DNA of 63,520 nucleotides from Clostridia bacterium (GCA_017476565.1 JAFUZN010000077.1:1-63520); one strand, 5' to 3'. Numbered from the stretch's first letter, positions 17,214 to 26,622 are shown. Made by a program: numbers and translations. Notes: generated from the letters alone by a model not told the origin.

Positions 17214-17262
17214 AACGGGAATCCTTTTCTATTAAGAAAGGTTTCCCGTTTTTATTTTCTTT
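17214..17262 (+). terminator. intrinsic terminator separating the autolysin/Wzz unit from the tagD unit
   Basis: AACGGGAATCCTTT...AAAGGTTTCCCGTT (one mismatch) followed by TTTTATTTTCTTTTTT. Confidence 0.65.
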
Positions 17263-17277
17263 TTTGAGGAGAATCCC

Positions 17278-17682
17278 ATGAAGCGAGTCATCACATACGG
17301 CACCTTTGACCTTCTGCATTACGGGCACATCAACATGCTCAAACGCTGTAAAGAATACGGGGACTATCTGATCGTCGCGGTTTCGACCGATGAATTCAAC
17401 TGGAATCAAAAGCAGAAAAAGTCCTATTTCAACTATGAACAGAGAAAGACTCTGGTAGAAGCGGTCCGCTATGTGGACCTGGTCATCCCGGAAGAAAGCT
17501 GGGACCAAAAGGCGCGGGATGTACACGAATACCACGTGGATACTTTCATCATCGGTGATGACTGGAAAGGGAAGTTCGACTTTCTCAAAGAGGAAGGGGT
17601 CGAAGTCGTCTACCTGCCCCGGACCCCGGAAGTCAGCACGACGCAAATCAAGAACGACCTCTACGGAGACGAAAACGAATGA
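17278..17682 (+). CDS. tagD: glycerol-3-phosphate cytidylyltransferase
   Basis: MKRVITYGTFDLLHYGHINMLKRCKEYGDYLIVAVSTDEFN...GDDWKGKFDFLKEEGVEVVYLPRT is near-collinear with B. subtilis TagD as I recall it (HxGH motif). Confidence 0.92.
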   Translation: MKRVITYGTFDLLHYGHINMLKRCKEYGDYLIVAVSTDEFNWNQKQKKSYFNYEQRKTLVEAVRYVDLVIPEESWDQKARDVHEYHVDTFIIGDDWKGKFDFLKEEGVEVVYLPRTPEVSTTQIKNDLYGDENE

Positions 17683-18767
17683 ATTATTACCTGAAAGAGC
17701 GAGATGCGCTGGAGACCTACCAGAAGAATGCCGGCAGCAAAGCCCGAAAAGATGTCGAGGACATTCTCGACAGTCTTGGCTGGCAGCCGGTCCAGGTAGC
17801 GGTTCCTTTCAAGCGGAACAAAAAGCTCTCGGCGGCGGTCTTCTCCCATGTACGAAATTTCTTCTTTTATTTCTACAGGCTGAAGGCTTTGGGGAGAGGC
17901 GACACCCTCCTTGTGCAGTTCCCGCCCCGGTCTCACAGTCTCTTTTTTCCCATTATTTATCGCTTTTTGCGTCTGAAAGGCGCTAAAGTCATTATTCTCA
18001 TCCATGACATTGAGCAGCTTCGGTTCCTCCATCTCGATGAGACCAGTTCCAAAAGCCAGGTCCGCATCAAGCTCGAAGAAATGCCTCTTTTGAAGAGTGC
18101 CGACTCCATCATTTGTCATAATGAGGTCATGAGAAATTACCTGAGAGAGCAGGGCATTCCCGACAAGAAGCTCATCACTCTCGGGGTTTTCGACTATCTG
18201 ACGGACTTCGAACCGGACACCGAGTCGAAACGCTCCCTTGAGACTTCCGGAAAACCCGAAGTCCTGCTGGCCGGGAACCTGAACCCCGGCAAGAGCATTT
18301 ACCTGACAGAACTTCACAAAGTACCGGACATCCAGTTCCACCTCTACGGCGTCGGCTATGAAGACCGAGGGCAGGAGAACGTCACCTATATGGGGTCCTT
18401 CCTGCCGGAAGAGCTCCCCGGAGAGTTGAGCGGACACTACGGTCTGGTCTGGGACGGCACCTCTATTGAGACCTGTGATGGGCCCTTTGGAAACTATTTA
18501 CGCTTCAATGACCCTCACAAGCTGTCCCTTTACTTAGTCTCCGGTCTCCCGGTCATTGTCTGGGCTGAGTCCGCGGTGGCAGGTTTCGTCAAAGAAGAGA
18601 GCCTCGGCATCACGGTTTCTTCGTTGAAAGATATTCCGCAGGCCATCAGCCGTGTATCGCCCACAGAGTATGAAACAATGGTTCAGAACACGTTGAAGTT
18701 CTCTGCTCGTTTGAGAGACGGCTACTACTTAAAACACGCTTTAGAGGAAAGGTTGACTCATGATTGA
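17679..18767 (+). CDS. WbbI-like glycosyltransferase (putative beta-1,6-galactofuranosyltransferase family)
   Basis: ATGA overlap with tagD. The blocks NAGSKARKDVEDIL, ILIHDIEQLR, AGNL and YGLVWDGTSIETCDGPFGNYLRFNDPHKLSLYLVSGLPVIVW parallel E. coli K-12 WbbI blocks (DAGFKARKDALDI, PLIHDIDELR, FGLIWDGDSVETCSGAFGEYLKFNNPHKTSLYL) from memory. Confidence 0.65.
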   Translation: MNYYLKERDALETYQKNAGSKARKDVEDILDSLGWQPVQVAVPFKRNKKLSAAVFSHVRNFFFYFYRLKALGRGDTLLVQFPPRSHSLFFPIIYRFLRLKGAKVIILIHDIEQLRFLHLDETSSKSQVRIKLEEMPLLKSADSIICHNEVMRNYLREQGIPDKKLITLGVFDYLTDFEPDTESKRSLETSGKPEVLLAGNLNPGKSIYLTELHKVPDIQFHLYGVGYEDRGQENVTYMGSFLPEELPGELSGHYGLVWDGTSIETCDGPFGNYLRFNDPHKLSLYLVSGLPVIVWAESAVAGFVKEESLGITVSSLKDIPQAISRVSPTEYETMVQNTLKFSARLRDGYYLKHALEERLTHD

Positions 18768-20085
18768 GACTTACTCGGTGACTCCCTGGAGACGCGTCCT
18801 TGGCGGGTTCCTCGACTATCTTATTGTGCTGTATACCATTTTGGGTACCCACTCGGTCTATAACAGCACCGTAGCCGGAGGGTATCACGTGGTCCCCATC
18901 ACCGCCATTTTAATGGGCCTTTATATCTGCATTTTCCCGGACATGTTCCGAAAGCAGAATTTCAAACGATTTTTGATTTTTGCGATTCTATGGACCGCCT
19001 ACCTCGGCATTTACGCCCTGGTGGCCCCCAGTGAAAAACTCGTCCACCTCGTGTCGAAGTTCATCATTCTGTTCTTCCTCTACATTGGATGGTTCTGGTC
19101 CCACTATGAGAGAAAGACTCTGACGGACCTTTTCATCAAATACGCACAGATCATTTCCATCATTGCCCTCATCTCCCTGTTTTTCTGGGTCACAGCCTCG
19201 TTCCTCCACTGGTTCGGGTCCACCGGGACACTGGACATTCTGTGGGGGAAAGAGCGGACCATCCACAGCTTCTACGGCCTTTACTTCCACTGGCAGCACG
19301 ACTTTTCCATTCACGGACACCAGTTGTACCGCAATATAGGGATCTTTACGGAAGCTCCCATGTATAGCCTTCATTTGACCACAGCACTCATGTTCGACAT
19401 AATGCTGAACCACCAAAGAAAAGCCTTCCGCTACTTCCGCATTGCCGTTTTGCTGCTGGCCATTGTAACGACTTTCTCCATTACCGGGTACCTCTTCGCT
19501 ATGGCACTGGTGGTCATCGATATTTACATGATCCTCATCAAAAATGCCCGCAGTGAAGAACCGGAAGAGCGGAAAAAGGCTGTGTTCGCCATCGTCACCA
19601 TCACGGTGCTCGGCATCATTCTCGCCTTCGTCGGCTACCTGCTCATTGCCGACAAACTGGCCTCCCGTTCCGGCGGGGTCCGAAAGGAAGACTACAAAAA
19701 CGGCTACCTCGGCTGGATCGACAACATCTTCTTCGGTGCCGGTTACGGGGACTCCGAAGCTCGGCAGCGTTACGCCAGCTGGCGGTGGCACCACCGGGCC
19801 GTCGATGGCTATACCAATTCGCCCATGGCCATTCTCTGTGAAGGCGGCATCTGGTTCTTCCTGTGCTTTGTGGTACCCTTCGTCTATGACCTCATTGCGG
19901 CCTGGACCAAGAGGGAATGGAGGCTCCTCGTGTGCATCGGTCTCTTCATTTTCGTGTTCGTCACGACGACCATTCAGCACACCAGCCTGCTCATCGCCTT
20001 TATGGCACTGTCCTTTACCAGCATGCTGACCGGAAATTACCAACGCGATAAATTCACCTTCGGAAGGCCCTTCGGGACCATTTAA
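18760..20085 (+). CDS. polytopic membrane protein, putative Wzy-type polysaccharide polymerase / O-antigen-ligase-like
   Basis: About 10-12 hydrophobic segments, an 8-nt overlap with the upstream GT, and a position inside a Wzx/Wzy-type locus. No specific motif was verified. Confidence 0.5.
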   Translation: MIETYSVTPWRRVLGGFLDYLIVLYTILGTHSVYNSTVAGGYHVVPITAILMGLYICIFPDMFRKQNFKRFLIFAILWTAYLGIYALVAPSEKLVHLVSKFIILFFLYIGWFWSHYERKTLTDLFIKYAQIISIIALISLFFWVTASFLHWFGSTGTLDILWGKERTIHSFYGLYFHWQHDFSIHGHQLYRNIGIFTEAPMYSLHLTTALMFDIMLNHQRKAFRYFRIAVLLLAIVTTFSITGYLFAMALVVIDIYMILIKNARSEEPEERKKAVFAIVTITVLGIILAFVGYLLIADKLASRSGGVRKEDYKNGYLGWIDNIFFGAGYGDSEARQRYASWRWHHRAVDGYTNSPMAILCEGGIWFFLCFVVPFVYDLIAAWTKREWRLLVCIGLFIFVFVTTTIQHTSLLIAFMALSFTSMLTGNYQRDKFTFGRPFGTI

Positions 20086-20111
20086 GCTCAAAATATTAGG
20101 AGAAATCATTC

Positions 20112-20945
20112 ATGACTCAGGAACCCAAACGTACCGACGTCCAGGAGATCATCTGGAACATCATGAAAGACCTCAAGCCCATTCTGGAAGGCTGCGAGGT
20201 CCCTTACTTCATGCTGGGCGGCACTCTTCTGGGTGCTATTCGGCACAAAGGCTTCATTCCCTGGGACGACGACATCGACATCGGTATTCCCAGAGAAGAG
20301 TACGAGGAGTTTGTCCGGGACATTTCCGACCTGCTTCCCGAGCACTTGGAACTGCATACTTACTGGGACGACACCCCTCATCATTACTATTTTTCCCGGA
20401 TCGTCGATACCCGTTATGAACTGGAGCGCAAGGGGAGTCTCATCGAGCGCAACGAAAATGTCTGGATCGACATTTTCCCCTTAGATGGCATGCCCAATAA
20501 CCGGGTCGTCCGCCGGGTCCACATGTGGAAGCTTCTCTATGCAAGACTGCGCTACCACATTTCGACCTTTGACAAAGTCAATTTACACCGGCCCAACCGG
20601 CCTTTTTATGAAAAAGTCCTCATCTACCTCATTCGGGTCACCGGTCTCGGAAACCGTTCCGACCCCCGGAAATGGCTCGATCGGATCGATACGCTCTTGA
20701 AAAAGTACCCGCCGGAAGACTCCGACTACATCGTCAACTTCATGGGCCAGTACATTTTCAAAGAGATGTTCCCGAAAAAATGGTATGGGGAAGGAGCTCT
20801 TTACCCCTTTGAGGACTCCCAGATGCTGGGGCCTATCGAATATGACCGGGTCCTGACCCAGCAGTACGGGGCCTATATGACACCACCCGATGAAGAGGAC
20901 AAAAATGCCCACGACGCAGTACTGCTCGAGAACAAAGAGGACTGA
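20112..20945 (+). CDS. LicD-family phosphotransferase
   Basis: LGGTLLGAIRHKGFIPWDDDIDIGIPREEY and IDIFPLDG motifs. Confidence 0.88.
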   Translation: MTQEPKRTDVQEIIWNIMKDLKPILEGCEVPYFMLGGTLLGAIRHKGFIPWDDDIDIGIPREEYEEFVRDISDLLPEHLELHTYWDDTPHHYYFSRIVDTRYELERKGSLIERNENVWIDIFPLDGMPNNRVVRRVHMWKLLYARLRYHISTFDKVNLHRPNRPFYEKVLIYLIRVTGLGNRSDPRKWLDRIDTLLKKYPPEDSDYIVNFMGQYIFKEMFPKKWYGEGALYPFEDSQMLGPIEYDRVLTQQYGAYMTPPDEEDKNAHDAVLLENKED

Positions 20946-20947
20946 CT

Positions 20948-21766
20948 ATGGCAGAAGTTTCCAGTTTCCGGCCTCTGCAGCTCAAAGAACTGGAGCTGTT
21001 CAAACAGTTCCGGGACTTCTGTGAAGCCCACGACATCACCTATTATGCCCTGGGCGGGACCTTACTCGGGGCCGTGCGCCACGAAGGGTTCATTCCCTGG
21101 GATGACGACATGGACCTGGGAGTCCCCCGGGAAGACTACGAGCGGTTTTTGAAGCTTTGCGAGGAAGAAGAAGTTCCCTTTGAACTTCATACCTTCCGCA
21201 ACGACCCGAACCACTACCGGTACTTTGCCCGTATTGAAGACCCTTCCATGAAGGTTCGACGCACCGATAACCAAACGGTAGAGGTCTCCAACGCCTGGGT
21301 CGACATTTTCCCTCTGGACGGCATGCCTAACAATAAGTACCTTCGGGAATTCCACAAGTATTATGTCCTATGGCGGAGAGCTGCTTACAAATTCTCCTGC
21401 TTCGACCTCGGCGTCAATGTCGAAAAGGCAAATCGCCCCTTGGTTGAACGGTTGCTCATCAAGGTCGGCATGGTGCTGCCGGTGGAGAAATTCTTCCGGC
21501 TGGACCGGGAGCTGAACAAACTGGACCGCGCTCTAAAGCGCTTTCCTTACGCCAAGTCCGACTACCTCGTGAACGCGATGGGCGCTTATAAATTCCGGGA
21601 AATGTTCCATAAACAGTATTATGGAAAGGGGAGAGCCTACCCCTTCGAAGATACCACCGTTTGGGGCCCGGAAGACTATGACTTCGTCAACACTCAGCTT
21701 TACGGAGATTACATGAAACCTCCGGCAGAAGCCGACCGGAACCATCACAGTTCCGAGATCCTTTGA
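20948..21766 (+). CDS. LicD-family phosphotransferase (tandem paralogue)
   Basis: LGGTLLGAVRHEGFIPWDDDMDLGVPREDY and VDIFPLDG motifs. Confidence 0.88.
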   Translation: MAEVSSFRPLQLKELELFKQFRDFCEAHDITYYALGGTLLGAVRHEGFIPWDDDMDLGVPREDYERFLKLCEEEEVPFELHTFRNDPNHYRYFARIEDPSMKVRRTDNQTVEVSNAWVDIFPLDGMPNNKYLREFHKYYVLWRRAAYKFSCFDLGVNVEKANRPLVERLLIKVGMVLPVEKFFRLDRELNKLDRALKRFPYAKSDYLVNAMGAYKFREMFHKQYYGKGRAYPFEDTTVWGPEDYDFVNTQLYGDYMKPPAEADRNHHSSEIL

Positions 21767-21785
21767 ACCACCGGGAGAGCTCAAC

Positions 21786-22919
21786 ATGAAAGTGTGCTAT
21801 GTGACCCATTTGCCGAACCTGACCGGAGCCAGTCAGTCTCTGCTGGACCTCCTCAGTGAAGTCCAAAGGGGGGACTATAACATTGAGCCCACGGTCCTCC
21901 TCGGCAAACACGGCCCACTGGAAGAAGAGCTGAAAGCCCGCGGGGTGCCTTACAAGGTCCTTCGCTATACTTCAGAAATTTCCGACAAAAACCCTTTCAA
22001 AACCTTTTTGAAGCGGCTTTACAACGCCTATGCCATTCGCAACATTACGGACTGGTTTGAGGCAGAAGGCTTCGACCTCGTCCACAACAATACCCTTTTG
22101 ACCCGGGTCGGCATGGAAGCCGCCAGAAAAGCCCACATTCCCTATGTTTCCCACAACCGGGAGTTCGTCTGGGAAGACCACGGCATCAAACTTTTAAAAG
22201 AAAAAGAGTCTTACAAACTCATGGAACAGGCCGGTGCCTGTATTGCGATCTCGGACGCTGTCTTCGTGAAGTTTTCGAAACTAGTCCCCAAAGCCTCTTT
22301 TGTCACACTTTACGACGGCCTCGATGTCGGGAAATATGAGTCCGACCATGAACCGTTGTTTGCGGGGGAGACTGTGAAAGTGCTGCTGGCCGGCCGTCTT
22401 TCTCCCGGAAAGGGACAAAGAGAAGCCCTGGAAGCTTTTGAACTCCTGAAACACAGGGGAGAAGAGCGGTTCGAACTCCTCATCGTCGGGGGCGAAAGCG
22501 TCAAGGACAAGGCCTATGCGGAAGAACTTCGCACTTACGCAGAAACCCATGAGCTGCACAATGTGCGGTTCCTCGGGTTTTCCGATTTAAAAGAACTTCG
22601 ACAAACGGCTGACATTGCTCTCGTCTGCTCGAAAGCAGAAGCTTTAGGCCGTGTCACTATAGAAAGCGAGCTTGCAGGCTGTCTTACCATTGGCGCGGCA
22701 GCCGGTGCTACCACAGAACTGCTGGAAGACCGCATCACCGGGCTCCTCTATGAAAGCGGAGACCCGGAAGCCCTTGCCGGTGCAGTCCTCTGGGCTGCGA
22801 ACCACGTCGACGAATGCCGGCGTATCGCCGCAGAAGGGAAGAGAAGAGCTGCGACACAGTTCGACCTCTCTACCTATGTGACGGAAATCGAGAAACTTTA
22901 CCGAAGCGTTCTTTCGTAA
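21786..22919 (+). CDS. GT4-family (group 1) glycosyltransferase
   Basis: GT-B layout with a C-terminal E-x7-E region: SKAEALGRVTIESELAGCLTIGAAAGATTELLEDRITGLLYE. Confidence 0.8.
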   Translation: MKVCYVTHLPNLTGASQSLLDLLSEVQRGDYNIEPTVLLGKHGPLEEELKARGVPYKVLRYTSEISDKNPFKTFLKRLYNAYAIRNITDWFEAEGFDLVHNNTLLTRVGMEAARKAHIPYVSHNREFVWEDHGIKLLKEKESYKLMEQAGACIAISDAVFVKFSKLVPKASFVTLYDGLDVGKYESDHEPLFAGETVKVLLAGRLSPGKGQREALEAFELLKHRGEERFELLIVGGESVKDKAYAEELRTYAETHELHNVRFLGFSDLKELRQTADIALVCSKAEALGRVTIESELAGCLTIGAAAGATTELLEDRITGLLYESGDPEALAGAVLWAANHVDECRRIAAEGKRRAATQFDLSTYVTEIEKLYRSVLS

Positions 22920-22925
22920 TTGCGA

Positions 22926-22954
22926 TTGCGAGTGCCCTCGAAACGCACTATAAT
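22926..22954 (+). promoter_or_regulatory. internal sigma-A-type promoter candidate upstream of wzx
   Basis: TTGCGA (22926-22931), 17-nt spacer, TATAAT (22949-22954), in the 73-nt gap. Confidence 0.4.
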
Positions 22955-22992
22955 GAGAGAACTGTAATCAATACACTGGAGATACCGATTCA

Positions 22993-24480
22993 ATGGCTGT
23001 TAAGGAGAATTCGATCAAGAAGAACTTCTTTATGAATGTTCTTCTGACGCTTTCCACTTTCATATTCCCACTGATCACTTTTCCGTACGTGTCCCGGGTA
23101 CTCACACCCATTGGCACCGGGAAGGTGGCTATGGCCACGTCCTTTGTTCAGTATTTCGTCATGTTCGCCCAGCTGGGCATTCCCACTTACGGCATTCGGG
23201 CCGTCGCCAAAGTCCGGGACGACCGGGAAAAGCTCACCAAGACCGTCCACGAGCTCCTGCTCCTGTCAGCGGCCACCAGTGTGATCGCCTACATCATTCT
23301 CTTTGCCCTGATTCCCACCATCCCGAAACTGGCCACTGAGAAGCCCCTTTACTACGTCATGTCGGCCACCATATTCCTGAACTGCATCGGCATCGACTGG
23401 ATGTACCGGGGCCTCGAGCAATACACGTACATCACCGTACGAAGTATCATTTTCAAATTCATCGCCCTTGTGTGTATGTTCCTTTTCATCCACGACCAGA
23501 GCGATTATGTCATTTACGGCTTTATTTCCATTCTGGCCTCCAGCATGTCCTACGTATTGAACTTCATCAATGCAAGGAAGTTCATCGACATGAAATGGCT
23601 GGGGAACTACGACTTCAAGCCTCATTTGAAGGCTGTTGCCATTTTCTTTGCCATGTCGGTGGCCACCACGGTCTATACGAACCTCGACACCGTTATGCTG
23701 GGCTTTATGACCTCTGACGTGGACATCGGCTACTACAATGCTGCGATCAAGATCAAGACGGTCCTTGTCAGCATTGTCACGTCCCTTGGCGCCGTACTGC
23801 TGCCCAGAGCCTCCTATTATGTCGAACAGAATAAGATGAAAGACTTTCGGACCATCTCCACGAAAGCCCTCGACTTCGTGCTGGTGGCGTCCATTCCGGT
23901 CACCATCTTCTTCATTTACTTTGCCCGGCAGGGAGTCATGCTCCTCTCCGGCTCCGCTTACATGGGTGCCATCCAGCCCATGCAGATTCTGATGCCCACC
24001 TGTATCCTCATTGGCGTGACGAACATATTAGGGATCCAGATGCTGGTGCCCCTTGGGAGAGAGCGAGCAGTCCTCAACTCTGAAATCTTAGGTGCAGTAG
24101 TGGACCTCGTCCTCAACTTCCTGCTGATCCCAAAATACGCCGCCAGCGGTGCTGCCATTGGCACTCTGGTCGCTGAAATCAGCGTTTTCATCTATCAGGT
24201 GGTCGTCCTTTGGAGCGTCATCAAGCCCATGGTGAAGAACCTGAGCTATCTCAAGATTTTAGTGGCTACCGTCCTGTCCCTGGCCGCAACGTTCTGGATC
24301 CCGGCCCTGGGCTTCAACAACTTCTATACCCTGGCCATTTCCGGAACGCTGTTCTTTGCCATTTACCTTGGGTACCTGTATCTGCGCAAAGAGCCCATCG
24401 TGTTGGATGCCATGAACACCATTCGCAACAAAGTCCAAGAACGCACTCGCAAGAATAAACAAGGAGAGTCCGCCACATGA
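22993..24480 (+). CDS. Wzx-type oligosaccharide flippase (MOP superfamily)
   Basis: About 14 TM segments. N-terminus FFMNVLLTLSTFIFPLITFPYVSRVLTPIGTGKV, typical of polysaccharide-biosynthesis flippases. Confidence 0.8.
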   Translation: MAVKENSIKKNFFMNVLLTLSTFIFPLITFPYVSRVLTPIGTGKVAMATSFVQYFVMFAQLGIPTYGIRAVAKVRDDREKLTKTVHELLLLSAATSVIAYIILFALIPTIPKLATEKPLYYVMSATIFLNCIGIDWMYRGLEQYTYITVRSIIFKFIALVCMFLFIHDQSDYVIYGFISILASSMSYVLNFINARKFIDMKWLGNYDFKPHLKAVAIFFAMSVATTVYTNLDTVMLGFMTSDVDIGYYNAAIKIKTVLVSIVTSLGAVLLPRASYYVEQNKMKDFRTISTKALDFVLVASIPVTIFFIYFARQGVMLLSGSAYMGAIQPMQILMPTCILIGVTNILGIQMLVPLGRERAVLNSEILGAVVDLVLNFLLIPKYAASGAAIGTLVAEISVFIYQVVVLWSVIKPMVKNLSYLKILVATVLSLAATFWIPALGFNNFYTLAISGTLFFAIYLGYLYLRKEPIVLDAMNTIRNKVQERTRKNKQGESAT

Positions 24481-25478
24481 GCCGCACAAGGTCCCACAAA
24501 AAGCGCAGCACTACGAAAGTCGTCCTTTTGGTGCTGCTCTGCATCCTCTTATTGTTAGCCGGTACGGCAGCATTCCTTTTGAACCACTACGTCGGCCTTC
24601 TGGGCGATTTACGGGAAGAGGAAAAGGGAACTTCTTATTCAGAGTCCAATGACCCGGGGGAGGAGAGCATTACGGCGACCACTACCGTTGCCGATGACGT
24701 CTTCTCCATTCTGCTCATCGGCGTAGACTCCCGTCAGGACACCTATACCGGCCGCTCTGACTCCCAGATCTTGCTTTCCATCAATCAAAAGAGCAAGAAA
24801 CTGGTCATCTGCTCCATTCTTCGAGACTGCTATGTGACCATTCCCGGTCACGGCAACAACCGGATCAATGCAGCTTACGCAGAAGGGGGCACGTCTTTAC
24901 TGACCCAGACCATCAAGTCGAACTTTGGCATTCCTGTTGACCGGGTGGCCGTCGTCAACTTCAAAGTGGTGGCGGACTTCATCGACGCCATTGGGGGAGT
25001 GGACATCAATGTCTCCCAGGAGGAAATCAGTCGGATCAACGGTAGCCTCGGGGAACAGAACCGGATCTTTGGAAACCCGGTGGGGACCGATACCCTTTCT
25101 ACGGCTCAGGCAGGAGACATCCATTTAAACGGAAACCAGGCCCTCGCCTATGCCCGGATCAGAAAAATCGGGACAGACTTTGAACGGACCAAACGTCAGC
25201 GGGTCGTTTTGGAAGATGCCCTCGAAAAGATCGGCAATATGACCCTCTCTCAGCAGAGCGGACTTCTTCGGCAATTCCTGCCGAGAGTCCACACCGACCT
25301 TTCCACTTCCGAAGTGGTCGACCTCGGCTCCCTGGTCCTGCGTCTCAAAAGCTATGAAGTCCAGAGCTTCTCAGTTCCCATTGACGGTTCCTGGAGAGAC
25401 ATGAGAGTCAGCGGGATGGACGTCCTGGACGTGGACTTTGCACAGAACCGGAACGCCTGGGAAGAGGCGGTGACCTGA
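24477..25478 (+). CDS. LytR-CpsA-Psr (LCP) family glycopolymer ligase
   Basis: ATGA overlap with wzx. An N-terminal TM segment, then FSILLIGVDSRQDTYTGRSDSQILLSINQKSKKLVICSILRDCYVTIPGHGNNRINAAYAEGG. Confidence 0.88.
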   Translation: MSRTRSHKKRSTTKVVLLVLLCILLLLAGTAAFLLNHYVGLLGDLREEEKGTSYSESNDPGEESITATTTVADDVFSILLIGVDSRQDTYTGRSDSQILLSINQKSKKLVICSILRDCYVTIPGHGNNRINAAYAEGGTSLLTQTIKSNFGIPVDRVAVVNFKVVADFIDAIGGVDINVSQEEISRINGSLGEQNRIFGNPVGTDTLSTAQAGDIHLNGNQALAYARIRKIGTDFERTKRQRVVLEDALEKIGNMTLSQQSGLLRQFLPRVHTDLSTSEVVDLGSLVLRLKSYEVQSFSVPIDGSWRDMRVSGMDVLDVDFAQNRNAWEEAVT

Positions 25479-25520
25479 GCCACCCGTAATGTTTCACGGC
25501 TCAAAATGAATAAATATGCA

Positions 25521-25566
25521 ATTGCACTCTGTGAAGTGTTTTGGCTTTACAGAGTGCAATTTTTGC
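25521..25566 (+). terminator. intrinsic terminator ending the tagD-to-LCP unit
   Basis: ATTGCACTCTGT-N16-ACAGAGTGCAAT (12-bp perfect stem) followed by TTTTTG. Confidence 0.85.
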
Positions 25567-25637
25567 CGTCAAAATGCATGAAGGGAGGGGAAAACAACCC
25601 TAAAAACCCGTAAATATTACAAATTGGTATCAAAAAT

Positions 25638-25666
25638 TTGACAAATTGGTGCCTTCTATATATAAT
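25638..25666 (+). promoter_or_regulatory. consensus sigma-A promoter
   Basis: TTGACA (25638-25643), 17-nt spacer, TATAAT (25661-25666). Confidence 0.7.
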
Positions 25667-25708
25667 GTCAAATGTTAAACCCAAGCGTAAAACATTCGGA
25701 GGTAACCT

Positions 25709-26491
25709 ATGACTGAAACGAAACGCAGCACGAAAGTGCTTCGCATCCTGACTGCTTTTCTTCTGATGGCCGTCATGGTTTCCGGAGCCCTCGTCGCTAT
25801 GGGCCGTTCTCATGCCGCGACCAATGAAGAGTATTGCTATAACTATCTCAGAAACAACATGGGGCTCAACACCGCTGCGGCGGCCGGCCTTCTTGCGAAC
25901 TTTGAGGACGAATCCGGGTTCAATCCCGGCATCTCGGGAGACAGCGGTTCCAGCTATGGCCTTTGCCAGTGGAACAAAGACCGCAAAGTCGAACTCATCG
26001 ATTACTGTAATTCCCACGGTCTGAACTATTCCACTCTCTATGGCCAGCTGAGCTTCCTCAACTATGAACTTCAGAACAAATACCCGGAACTTTTAGCGTC
26101 CCTTCGTTCGACGGCTAACTCCAGCACCGGAGCCTACAATGCCGGCTACCGCTTCTGCTACGACTTCGAGCGTCCCGCTGCGAAAGAGTCCAAGTCTCAG
26201 ACCCGCGGCTCTAACGCTTCCCGGAACTACTTCCCGAAGTACTACGGCACCACCGGTAACGTTGCTACCACCGCAGTCACTGCACCTGCCACCACCGGCG
26301 GCAACTATGTCGTCTCCACCGGCGGCAGCAACCTGAACGTCCGCAATACGCCTTCTGCCAACGGTACCATCCTGGCACAGGCCGCAGACGGCACCCGCCT
26401 GAACATCACTCAGGTCCAGAACGGTTGGGGAAAGACCACCATCGGAGGAGTGACCGGCTGGGTAGCCATGGACTACGTCAAAGCAGTCTGA
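25709..26491 (+). CDS. secreted phage-tail-lysozyme-type domain protein with C-terminal SH3b domain
   Basis: Signal peptide. LLANFEDESGFNPGISGDSGSSYGLCQWNKDRKVELIDYC fits the Phage_lysozyme2-type pattern. The C-terminus NLNVRNTPSANGTILAQAADGTRLNITQVQNGWGKTTIGGVTGWVAMDYV is SH3_3-like. Confidence 0.7.
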   Translation: MTETKRSTKVLRILTAFLLMAVMVSGALVAMGRSHAATNEEYCYNYLRNNMGLNTAAAAGLLANFEDESGFNPGISGDSGSSYGLCQWNKDRKVELIDYCNSHGLNYSTLYGQLSFLNYELQNKYPELLASLRSTANSSTGAYNAGYRFCYDFERPAAKESKSQTRGSNASRNYFPKYYGTTGNVATTAVTAPATTGGNYVVSTGGSNLNVRNTPSANGTILAQAADGTRLNITQVQNGWGKTTIGGVTGWVAMDYVKAV

Positions 26492-26593
26492 TCTAACTAA
26501 AAGAAAAATCAAAAACGGGCCTTACGTTCATATTTTGGTAATATTTAACGTAAAGTCCGTTTTTATTTGTTGAAAACGTAGAGAAAATTCCTA

Positions 26594-26622
26594 TTGGCAC
26601 ATTTCTCAAAATTATATATAAT
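26594..26622 (+). promoter_or_regulatory. sigma-A-type promoter candidate
   Basis: TTGGCA (26594-26599), 17-nt spacer, TATAAT (26617-26622). It coincides with the TTG the ORF track used as a start, which argues for the ATG at 26675. Confidence 0.55.
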
